DNA of 64,000 bases from a virus. Shown one piece after another: positions 9,972 through 16,771 of this stretch (position 1 is the stretch's first letter; the number at the start of each line of letters is the position of its first letter). The DNA lies in IMG/VR virus record IMGVR_UViG_3300022555_000010, positions 87,774-151,773 of that record; one strand, written 5' to 3'. A program made the position numbers and the translations under genes. The notes under the pieces are model-generated. The model did no database searches and was not told the DNA's origin. It saw nothing but the letters and a program-made list of their open reading frames with translations.

Positions 9972-10457
9972 ATGAAAAGAAATGATGCTTTGTTACCGTA
10001 TGACAATTATTGGATTTACAATCCAGTTGTAAGTGTGTCTTCAGGAAGAAGAGTTTGTGTTTTAGTTTCAAAGAAGGATGGATGTAAGACAAGTATTAGC
10101 TATGCTCGATATTTGATGTCAGTCGCTATCGGAAGAATATTGGATTCAAAAGAGTTTGTAGATCATAAAGATGAAGACAAGTTGAATGATGACATCTTGA
10201 ATTTACAAATATTGTCTCGTGGTGATAATAATCGAAAATATAGAATATGTGCTGGGATAAAGCCTGTTAGATTTAAATTTCGATGTCCCAGTTGTAAGTG
10301 TGTGTTCGAGAAAGATAAAAGACAGTCTCATCTTTCAAAAGGAGGAGTTTTTACGGCATGTTCAAGATCTTGTGCTGGAAAAATTCGGGCAATGATGGGT
10401 CATGGATTTTTTATTGATGTCTCAGGAAATGTAATAGGGGAAATCAAGGACCCGTAG
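9972..10457 (+). CDS. HNH homing endonuclease with C-terminal Zn finger
   Basis: VDHKDEDKLNDDILNLQILSRGDNN; CPSC...CSRSC; TAG stop lies inside the downstream tRNA. Confidence 0.8.
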   Translation: MKRNDALLPYDNYWIYNPVVSVSSGRRVCVLVSKKDGCKTSISYARYLMSVAIGRILDSKEFVDHKDEDKLNDDILNLQILSRGDNNRKYRICAGIKPVRFKFRCPSCKCVFEKDKRQSHLSKGGVFTACSRSCAGKIRAMMGHGFFIDVSGNVIGEIKDP

Positions 10458-10524
10458 CTTAATTGGTCAAAGCAGTTCTCTCATAAGGAATTGAGTCTCA
10501 GTTCGAGTCTGGGCGGGTCCACCA
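10448..10524 (+). tRNA. tRNA with CAT anticodon (probably Ile2)
   Basis: GGACCCG/CGGGTCC acceptor, CT-CAT-AA loop, TTCGAGT, ACCA; resembles bacterial tRNA-Ile2. Confidence 0.85.
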
Positions 10525-10569
10525 ATATGAAAAAAAGAAGAGACGGATAAGACTTGTCCTATTTGCAGG

Positions 10570-10968
10570 ATGATTCTTGGATTCAAACCCGGTCGCGGGG
10601 ACAGATGCCAGGAATGTAAAAACACGGTAGGTGTTGAAGATGCTTATGCCTGGTATAAGATGGAACGTCAGATGGAACTACAGTCGAAGGCTTATGTCTA
10701 CTTGTTTCCAGCATTGATGATTGTGGCGATGTTTGAAAGAATCTATGTTTACAAAGGTGGATACACCTTGAGGTCATTCTTGATTTACGACCTTGTTCCC
10801 TGGGGATTGTGGGTATTCAATGTATTCTTCTTATGGCCTGGGAAAGGGGTAAGTATCCCAGGGATGAAGGATAGATTAAAGAGGGCAAAGGATGATTTGT
10901 TTTTGAAGAAGTTGGGTGGCGAGCCAGTTCGTAAAAAAGGTGATTACGATGGGTTCGGGGAGTTGTGA
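10570..10968 (+). CDS. membrane protein with N-terminal Cys motif (true start possibly 10527 across an A7 run)
   Basis: Two hydrophobic segments; the upstream in-frame sequence encodes CPIC, pairing with CQEC. Confidence 0.55.
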   Translation: MILGFKPGRGDRCQECKNTVGVEDAYAWYKMERQMELQSKAYVYLFPALMIVAMFERIYVYKGGYTLRSFLIYDLVPWGLWVFNVFFLWPGKGVSIPGMKDRLKRAKDDLFLKKLGGEPVRKKGDYDGFGEL

Positions 10969-11000
10969 TACAGAAGGCATTTCAGGCGTTTTTGTATGGT

Positions 11001-11053
11001 AATAAAAATAGTTAAAAGATTTGTTGCATCGCGATTCGCGAATAGCGTATAGT
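11001..11053 (+). promoter_or_regulatory. sigma70-like promoter of the tRNA operon
   Basis: AT-rich UP region 11001-11020, TTGCAT 11024-11029, TATAGT 11048-11053; predicted +1 about 11060. Confidence 0.65.
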
Positions 11054-11059
11054 GAACGC

Positions 11060-11134
11060 ATGAAGACATCGTTGTCATATCTCTATCTGGTGAGTTGCTT
11101 ATTTAATAGCAACTTCCGTAGGGGTATGTCCTGA
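11060..11134 (+). CDS. leader peptide MKTSLSYLYLVSCLFNSNFRRGMS (24 aa, not in ORF track)
   Basis: ATG at predicted +1; 3' end overlaps the antiterminator strand; codons match downstream tRNAs. Confidence 0.75.
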   Translation: MKTSLSYLYLVSCLFNSNFRRGMS

Positions 11135-11200
11135 TCTGACTTCATAAAACAGGATGTAGACAAGCCCCACGGAGAGATCCGGAGGGGCTTTTGTGTTTTT
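11093..11200 (+). promoter_or_regulatory. transcription attenuator (pause hairpin / antiterminator / terminator)
   Basis: AGTTGCT/AGCAACT hairpin 11093-11114; TTCCGT(A)GGGGT 11114-11125 pairs with GCCCCACGGAG 11164-11174; ATGTCCTG/CAGGATGT nested inside; mutually exclusive terminator 11162-11200. Confidence 0.75.
11162..11200 (+). terminator. conditional intrinsic terminator
   Basis: AAGCCCC-A-CGGA-gaga-TCCG-GA-GGGGCTT followed by TTGTGTTTTT. Confidence 0.8.
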
Positions 11201-11277
11201 GGGATTTGGGTTTGTCGTGACAGAATGTCGTGAGAAGTGTCGCGAGATGATATTCGCGAATAGAGAATGAATAGATT

Positions 11278-11354
11278 GGTGGGGTAGCTCAGTCTGGTAG
11301 AGCGTCGGCCTGAAGAGCCGAGCGTCGGGGGTTCAATTCCCTCCCTCACCACCA
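11278..11354 (+). tRNA. tRNA-Phe(GAA)
   Basis: Full cloverleaf, TCGGC-CTGAAGA-GCCGA, CCA end. Confidence 0.95.
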
Positions 11355-11368
11355 AAGTTGAATAGATT

Positions 11369-11454
11369 GCTCGAATGGTGGAATGGCAGACACGTAGCCC
11401 TCAGAAGGCTATGGCCGTAAGGTTGTGGAGGTTCAAGTCCTCTTTCGAGCACCA
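11369..11454 (+). tRNA. tRNA-Leu(CAG)
   Basis: TAGCC-CTCAGAA-GGCTA, long variable arm, CCA. Confidence 0.95.
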
Positions 11455-11533
11455 GTGGATAGGGTGGAATTCCCTCGTGGGTCCGAATCCCACTCCGAGC
11501 AATCGGATGGCTGAGTGGTTTAAGGCAATCCAC
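11455..11533 (+). ncRNA. circularly permuted tRNA-like RNA (compact, YrlA-like module)
   Basis: Order: GTGGAT, variable arm, T arm GTGGG-TCCGAAT-CCCAC, acceptor TCCGA-GCAA-TCGGA closed by a tetraloop, D arm TGGCTGAGTGGTTTAAGGC, ATCCAC. Confidence 0.7.
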
Positions 11534-11539
11534 AGTTTT

Positions 11540-11576
11540 GGAAGGATGGCAGAGTGGTCTAATGCGGCGGTCTTGA
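11540..11576 (+). pseudogene. 5' half of interrupted tRNA-Ser(TGA)
   Basis: GGAAGGA TGGCAGAGTGGTCTAATGC GGCGGT CTTGA, then breaks. Confidence 0.85.
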
Positions 11577-11644
11577 TTATTGCAATTAAAAGTTGATAAT
11601 TCAACTCTTGTAGAGAGTAGTCAATACTATAAGGGAGAATTATT

Positions 11645-12106
11645 ATGCCAAGCAGGCTGTATTCGAGGGAAGTTCTTGAGCCGGTTGTTATAAATAGCAG
11701 ATCTTTTCGAGATTTGACGATAAGGCTGGGTAAGAAACCACATGGAGGGTTGATAAATCATATAAAAAAGATTGTTGTTGGATTGGGAATAGATTGTTCG
11801 CATTTCAATCGTGGGGCTTGGAATAAGGGAGTGGTTTGGACTGGAAGAAGATCGGCTGAGGAAATTTTTTCGGGAGGAAAGATAGAGCCTGCCTATCGGT
11901 TGAAGAGGGCGTTATTAGAGATAGGTCGTGAGTGGAGTTGCGAGGTTTGTGGAATTAAAGATTGGATGGGGAAAGAAATAGACTTTGAGATTCATCATAT
12001 TGATGGGGACAAAAAGAATAATACAATTGTAAATTTGAGGATTGTTTGTCCTAATTGTCATTCTCAGAGTGGAAATTCAAGATTCAAGGGAAGGAAACAT
12101 GGCTGA
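11645..12106 (+). CDS. HNH endonuclease
   Basis: CEVC...EIHHIDGDKKNNTIVNLRIVCPNCHS; TGA stop inside downstream tRNA. Confidence 0.9.
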   Translation: MPSRLYSREVLEPVVINSRSFRDLTIRLGKKPHGGLINHIKKIVVGLGIDCSHFNRGAWNKGVVWTGRRSAEEIFSGGKIEPAYRLKRALLEIGREWSCEVCGIKDWMGKEIDFEIHHIDGDKKNNTIVNLRIVCPNCHSQSGNSRFKGRKHG

Positions 12107-12181
12107 GTGGTCTAAGGCGGGTGTTTTGAAAACATCAGATGTTAATAGCATCCGTAGGTTCAAATCCTACTGTTTCCGCCA
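12093..12181 (+). tRNA. tRNA-Ser(TGA)
   Basis: GGAAACA/TGTTTCC, GGTGT-TTTGAAA-ACATC, long arm, GCCA. Confidence 0.92.
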
Positions 12182-12182
12182 G

Positions 12183-12237
12183 TTGAAAACCGGAGTACCG
12201 AGAGGTATCGGGGGTTCAAATCCCTCTCCTTCCGCCA
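12183..12237 (+). pseudogene. 3' half of interrupted tRNA-Ser(TGA)
   Basis: TTGAAAACCGG, variable arm, GGGGG-TTCAAAT-CCCTC, TCCTTCC-GCCA, which pairs perfectly with GGAAGGA at 11540. Confidence 0.85.
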
Positions 12238-12239
12238 GT

Positions 12240-12332
12240 TTTTCGAGGATCTTTTCGAGGCATTTAACTCGTTGAGATTCAAATGTTTGTGAGAATTTTC
12301 AGTCAAGATTTCGAGGATCTTTTCGAGGATCT
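12240..12332 (+). repeat. four copies of TTTCGAGG(ATC), in two tandem pairs
   Basis: Copies at about 12241, 12253, 12309 and 12321. Confidence 0.7.
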
Positions 12333-12438
12333 GATTGAAGACCTTATCCCTGGTGGATATTGTAATGGCAAATTGACAACTGAATAGTGAATAGCAAGGC
12401 GGCTGATCCGGGTTCTTGTACCGGGTCAGTCGTTGTAT

Positions 12439-12515
12439 GGGCGATTAGCTCAATTGGTCAGAGCGTCTGGTTTACACCCAGAAGGTTATCGGTTCGACCC
12501 CGGTATTGCCCACCA
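12439..12515 (+). tRNA. tRNA-Val(TAC)
   Basis: TCTGG-TTTACAC-CCAGA, CCA. Confidence 0.92.
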
Positions 12516-12525
12516 TTTTTTTTAT

Positions 12526-12564
12526 TTCCGTATTCTGGGGAAGTTATGGCAATGTGTAGGTATG
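12526..12564 (+). promoter_or_regulatory. bipartite phage promoter motif, copy 4
   Basis: TTCCGTATT-N14-GCAATG-TGTAGGT-ATG. Confidence 0.75.
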
Positions 12565-12843
12565 AACTACTACGATGAAATGAATAAAGTGCCGGAACAT
12601 CTCAAGGGGATTGCTGATGTCGTTAAGACACACACCCATCGAGATGTAAATGAGAAAGAGGCGTCCGAGATTGCCTTCGCACTCTTAGAGCTTGAAGGGA
12701 ATAAAGTCATAATCAAAAAGATTGCGGATTACATTCAGAGTCAGAATCAGCAGTTGCGATGGGCTTACGAGAGACACAACAAGTTCGCCGATGATGTTTT
12801 TCAATGGGTTCGCTGGGCGGCTAATTGGACATTGAGGAAATAA
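12562..12843 (+). CDS. hypothetical protein
   Basis: Starts at the motif ATG; the longer track start overlaps tRNA-Val. Confidence 0.65.
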   Translation: MNYYDEMNKVPEHLKGIADVVKTHTHRDVNEKEASEIAFALLELEGNKVIIKKIADYIQSQNQQLRWAYERHNKFADDVFQWVRWAANWTLRK

Positions 12844-12852
12844 GGGAAATAT

Positions 12853-13299
12853 ATGGCACACAAACGCAAAGACACTTTGACGAAGTCTCCGGACTGGTGG
12901 AGACATCTTCGGCCTTTCAACAAACGGAAGGTGGCCAAGGCGGAACGTCGTGCAGCCAGGGCGGAAATCACGGAAGAGGACTATGAGGATGCCAAGGGGC
13001 TTGGTCTTCACAAAGAGCCATCGAAGATGAGATGGTTGAGGGAGACGGATGGGGATTCGATTATTCCCCAGGGTTGTTACTGTTACGATCAGAAGGGAAT
13101 TTGTCCTTACTGGGACAAGGCGGAGAATAAACAGGAACAGAATAACGGGTATTGCTGGTTTCAGATGAGCGGGGATTGGGACGAGAAGGGCTGTGATCTT
13201 CTTTGGGATCAGTGTAAAAACTGCGGGAAGAACGATGTTGATGTTCCCGAGGGTATAATACAGGTGATAGCAGAGAAAGATGAGGAACCAAAATGTTAG
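12853..13299 (+). CDS. hypothetical Cys-rich protein
   Basis: ORF with CYCY, CPYW and CKNC. Confidence 0.6.
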   Translation: MAHKRKDTLTKSPDWWRHLRPFNKRKVAKAERRAARAEITEEDYEDAKGLGLHKEPSKMRWLRETDGDSIIPQGCYCYDQKGICPYWDKAENKQEQNNGYCWFQMSGDWDEKGCDLLWDQCKNCGKNDVDVPEGIIQVIAEKDEEPKC

Positions 13300-13568
13300 A
13301 AGTTGATTTAAGGAATGCTTTTGAGCCGGGGAGTAATGCTGACAATTTCTCGGTGTTGTTGCTTCGGTTGATTGCCAAGGCAGACGGGGACAACAAACTG
13401 AAGTTAAGTTTGGGTTATCCTGTTCATGTGAAGGCAGTTTGGATTTATCAGAATCAGTGTCCGTATCGGGATATGAATCGGAGTGTGGTTGACTGGGCGG
13501 CAATCGCAACCCAGGCTTCCGAAGGAAAGGATTGTGATGAATGTCAAAATCATTTGGAGAGGCTTTAA
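13293..13568 (+). CDS. hypothetical protein
   Basis: GAGG RBS; LIAKADGDNKLKL..GYP. Confidence 0.6.
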   Translation: MLEVDLRNAFEPGSNADNFSVLLLRLIAKADGDNKLKLSLGYPVHVKAVWIYQNQCPYRDMNRSVVDWAAIATQASEGKDCDECQNHLERL

Positions 13569-13894
13569 GCCAGGGCATCCCGATAGTGTTGCTTCGTAAG
13601 GGTGATTGTCCGGAGGTTATTGGTGAGCCGGGGAAGGAACCAGAGGCTTTGGATACTTTGGATAAGATGAAGATAGTGAAGTTGACACGACCCCAGGATG
13701 GTCGAAAACCGAAGGGTGCGATACAGAATTTCTCCGAGAAGCCGGTTCTGACAGATGAGGAACTTCTGGAAGAGTATGGTTGGGAGATGGAATGCTTGAG
13801 TCCGTTTGAGTTGAGGCATAAGGATGGGTCATTCTTATGCGGGAATCAGGCGAAAGATCTATTGAGGCAGTATCGAGAGGATGAGAAGAAATGA
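13541..13894 (+). CDS. hypothetical protein
   Basis: Overlapping ORF in operon. Confidence 0.5.
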   Translation: MSKSFGEALSQGIPIVLLRKGDCPEVIGEPGKEPEALDTLDKMKIVKLTRPQDGRKPKGAIQNFSEKPVLTDEELLEEYGWEMECLSPFELRHKDGSFLCGNQAKDLLRQYREDEKK

Positions 13895-13896
13895 TT

Positions 13897-13932
13897 CCCC
13901 GCATGGTGAAATTGGCAGACACAACGGACTTA
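13897..13932 (+). pseudogene. 5' half of tRNA-Leu (TAR anticodon, probably TAA)
   Basis: CCCCGCA TGGTGAAATTGGCAGACAC A ACGGA CTTA, then breaks. Confidence 0.8.
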
Positions 13933-13992
13933 CAATGCAGTGATGTCTTAATTATTATTTTATAATTCTTATCATAGTAGGGAGATACTACT

Positions 13993-14553
13993 ATGAAAAA
14001 GACTGATAATGAGATACGTGAGGCGGTTGTTGGATCTATTACGTATGCCGGGATTTTGATTAAATTAGGTCTTGTCCCAATGGGGGGAAATTACAAGACA
14101 ATAAAGAGAAGAATACGAATTCTTGGTATTTCGACAGAACATCTTAAGGGGAAGTCATGGAATCGGGGAGGAGTTGGAAAACGAAGTTATGCGAAGAAGT
14201 CCTTGGAGAGTGTAATGATAGAAGATTCTTCGTATTCGACTTTTAAACTCAAGAAGAGATTGTTCAGAGAGGGAATTTTTAAGAAAAAATGCAACAAGTG
14301 TGGAGGAGAACAGTGGCTGGGAAAGCCAATGCCATTAGAATTAGAACATAAAAATGGGAATAGTCACGATCACAGGATAGAGAATTTAGAGATACTTTGT
14401 CCCAACTGTCATTCTTTTACGGATACATATCGAGGTCGGAAGTCTCGTGGGAAAAAGATTATGAAGGAAGAACGACGATGTTCTAACTGTAATGGTCGGG
14501 TGTCGTTAGGGTCGAAATCTGGATTGTGCTATTTATGTTCTCCAAAGTTTTGA
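13993..14553 (+). CDS. HNH endonuclease (paralog of 11645-12106)
   Basis: CNKC...LELEHKNGNSHDHRIENLEILCPNCHS; C-terminal CxxC..CxxC. Confidence 0.9.
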   Translation: MKKTDNEIREAVVGSITYAGILIKLGLVPMGGNYKTIKRRIRILGISTEHLKGKSWNRGGVGKRSYAKKSLESVMIEDSSYSTFKLKKRLFREGIFKKKCNKCGGEQWLGKPMPLELEHKNGNSHDHRIENLEILCPNCHSFTDTYRGRKSRGKKIMKEERRCSNCNGRVSLGSKSGLCYLCSPKF

Positions 14554-14557
14554 AAAT

Positions 14558-14634
14558 GCCGGAGTGGTCCAATTGGCAGAGGCAACAGTTTTAAAAATTG
14601 TGTGTTGCGGGTTCGACTCCCGCCTTCGGCACCA
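14558..14634 (+). tRNA. tRNA with TAA anticodon (Leu) and short variable loop
   Basis: GCCGGAG/CTTCGGC, ACAGT-TTTAAAA-ATTGT, 5-nt variable region, ACCA; 77 nt. Confidence 0.85.
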
Positions 14635-14764
14635 AGGAGAAACAAGATGACGGACGAGGAGATCGGACGGAGGTTGTTGAATATTGACGCCATTGCATAT
14701 TCTCAATGGAGTTATTTGACAAGAACTTTGGGATGTATTGTGGTTGATGACGAAAGAGACTTTT

Positions 14765-15223
14765 ATGAAATTCAAGATACCGTGTGAGTGGACGGTGAGG
14801 ACGGTCGAGGTGATCGAAGCCAAAAATTTGGTAGATGCACAAGATAAGGCTTTCAAGTTGACTCGACCAAAGACATTGGAAGGCTGCAAGATTGAAGATC
14901 CTATTGGTGGGGGTCTGGATTGGAAGACATTCAACAAGATGTATCCACCAAAGCCTCCGGCTGATCCGATGGAGGGTTGGACAAGGACAACTGATCCTGG
15001 GCCGTATCAGGGCGGGCAATGGGTGAAGGAGGCGAATGGGTGTGAGGTATTTGTCACCGGGGATACTGGGCCGATAGAGGTCGGGATGGGAATGACAACC
15101 TATTCGTGGAGTGTGTCGAAGCCTGGTCGTAATGACACTCTAACCTCGAAGAAGGATTTCGATAGGATTGAAGAAGCTCGTGATGCGGCATTGAAGGCAT
15201 CGGAACGATGGAGTAAGATGTGA
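14765..15223 (+). CDS. hypothetical protein
   Basis: ORF in operon. Confidence 0.55.
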   Translation: MKFKIPCEWTVRTVEVIEAKNLVDAQDKAFKLTRPKTLEGCKIEDPIGGGLDWKTFNKMYPPKPPADPMEGWTRTTDPGPYQGGQWVKEANGCEVFVTGDTGPIEVGMGMTTYSWSVSKPGRNDTLTSKKDFDRIEEARDAALKASERWSKM

Positions 15224-15396
15224 AGCCTGAAGTGATTAAGGGGATCAGGAAGCAGTCTGGGATGACTCAGACGGAGTTTGCAAAGGCGATGAGAGTATCA
15301 TTCGCGACTGTAAACAGATGGGAGAAAGGACATTTTGTTCCACTCCCGGACAGACTGGATCGTTTGAAAGAGTTTAAACAAGGAATCGTGAAATGA
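15220..15396 (+). CDS. XRE-family helix-turn-helix regulator (58 aa, not in ORF track)
   Basis: IKGIRKQSGMTQTEFAKAMRVSFATVNRWEKG; GTGA and ATGA coupling to neighbours. Confidence 0.85.
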   Translation: MKPEVIKGIRKQSGMTQTEFAKAMRVSFATVNRWEKGHFVPLPDRLDRLKEFKQGIVK

Positions 15397-15764
15397 AAAA
15401 CAGGTTTGCGGAGATCGCGGAGAGAGTGGCGGCTAAGTATCAAGACATTGGTCATCAGCCTGGAGATAGACTCTGGTGGGTTGGCAATGATGGTAAGGTC
15501 AAGACCTTGGTGTCAACTGGTAAGGAGTTCCACCACGATATTGACGAGAATATCGATATGGATGCTCGGTGGCGTGGCCGTTTGGAAAAGGGTGGTATGT
15601 GTACTCTGTTACCACCGGTGCATCTGTATGCGAAGTTCAAGGATGTGGAGGATATGCCTCTCCCGGATTCAGCGATGACGAAGTTGGAGAAACTGGGAGC
15701 GAAGCACTTCTATCTGGATACTCAGCGGGGTATGAATCGGATCAGTAAGACGGTTGTCCGGTGA
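15393..15764 (+). CDS. hypothetical protein
   Basis: ATGA-coupled; N-terminal RFAEIAERVAA. Confidence 0.6.
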   Translation: MKNRFAEIAERVAAKYQDIGHQPGDRLWWVGNDGKVKTLVSTGKEFHHDIDENIDMDARWRGRLEKGGMCTLLPPVHLYAKFKDVEDMPLPDSAMTKLEKLGAKHFYLDTQRGMNRISKTVVR

Positions 15765-15776
15765 ACTGGAGATTTT

Positions 15777-15812
15777 GGAAGAATGCCGTAACTGGTAGCG
15801 GGTCTGATTCGA
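15777..15812 (+). pseudogene. 5' half of tRNA-Ser(CGA)
   Basis: GGAAGAA TG CCGT AACTGGTA GCGG G TCTGA TTCGA, then AT-rich sequence. Confidence 0.8.
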
Positions 15813-15857
15813 TTGTAATAATTGTTTGATATTTGCACCTAAAGTGGAGGTGCGAAT

Positions 15858-16706
15858 ATGAATAAGTGCAGATTTTGTGGAAAAGGCGGATTTGAAAAGC
15901 GGGGACTTCGAGAACACGAGAAGTATTGTCGGATAGTTCATCGTTATGTTGATATTGCGAAGGAAGAACTGGAAACAGGATTGTTGCTATGTGAGACGGG
16001 ATGTGGTCTGCCAGCCAGATTTACATTGAAAGTTGGAAAGGTTTGTTGTTCTGAGTTTGTTCAGTCTTGCCCGGAGACAAAACGAAAAAACAGCCTTTCA
16101 AAGAGTGGTGAGCATAATCCAAGAGGCATGTTGGGTAAAAAGACCGGAAGACTCGGAAGGAAGAATGTGGATGTCTTTGGTGTTGTCGTGGCAGGTCGAA
16201 TAAGTAAAAAGATTTCCAATAGGTTGACTGGTAAAGTTACAGGGATGGCATCAACAGTTGGAAATGAGATTGAGAGAGTTCGTAAGATTTCTGATGCGGC
16301 AAAAAAGAATACTTACGGAAATTATGGAGGATACAAGAGGGGAGCAGGAAGAGGGAGACACGGATGGTATAAAGGTATCTGGTTTGACTCTTCCTGGGAA
16401 TTAGCGTGGATCATATTCAATATTGATCACGGGATTCAGTTTGAGAGAAATAGTGATAGGTTTGAATATCAATGGGATGGAAAGACTCATAAGTATCTTC
16501 CAGACTTCAAAATGGCTGATGGGAAGTATGTAGAAGTTAAATCGTGGTTGAATGACAAGGTGGTTGCAAAATTAAAGGCGTGTCCAGGAGTTCTTGTTTT
16601 AATGAAGAAGGAGATGGAGCCGTTTATTCAGTATGCAATTAGAAAATATGGTAAAGACTTTGTTAAGGATTTTGAGATTAAAAGGAAGAATGTCCGAACT
16701 GGATAA
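15858..16706 (+). CDS. PD-(D/E)XK endonuclease (TnsA-N-like) with Zn-finger N-terminus
   Basis: DSSWELAW...YLPDF...YVEVKSW; CRFC..H..C; TAA stop inside downstream tRNA. Confidence 0.8.
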   Translation: MNKCRFCGKGGFEKRGLREHEKYCRIVHRYVDIAKEELETGLLLCETGCGLPARFTLKVGKVCCSEFVQSCPETKRKNSLSKSGEHNPRGMLGKKTGRLGRKNVDVFGVVVAGRISKKISNRLTGKVTGMASTVGNEIERVRKISDAAKKNTYGNYGGYKRGAGRGRHGWYKGIWFDSSWELAWIIFNIDHGIQFERNSDRFEYQWDGKTHKYLPDFKMADGKYVEVKSWLNDKVVAKLKACPGVLVLMKKEMEPFIQYAIRKYGKDFVKDFEIKRKNVRTG

Positions 16707-16771
16707 GGAGTCTGCCTCGAAAGCAGATGTACCGAAAGGTATTGGGGGTTCGAGTCCCTCTTCTTCCGCCA
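16684..16771 (+). tRNA. tRNA-Ser(CGA)
   Basis: TCTGC-CTCGAAA-GCAGA, long arm, GCCA. Confidence 0.92.

Larger units (their letters stand above)
11577..12186 (+). mobile_element. HNH + tRNA-Ser(TGA) insertion in the anticodon loop of tRNA-Ser(TGA)
   Basis: Flanked by TTGA at 11573-11576 and 12183-12186; removing it reconstitutes a tRNA. Confidence 0.75.

Noticed and set aside
11577-12186. Group I intron in a tRNA anticodon loop (also considered for the other four cassettes)
   Set aside because: Only 45-70 nt of non-coding sequence precede each ORF and the ORF runs into an intact tRNA, leaving no room for a ribozyme core. Junctions do not fit U|...G|, and four cases lack a 3' exon.
12340-12400. 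SAM-I riboswitch or T-box upstream of tRNA-Val
   Set aside because: Only CTTATC...GGTGGA resembles SAM-I; the rest of the core and the T-box motif are absent.
12433-12561. ORF-track N-terminal extensions overlapping RNA genes (12433, 16633, 17017, 17437, 23782, 24880)
   Set aside because: They run through tRNAs or ncRNAs; downstream starts with an RBS or promoter motif are more plausible.
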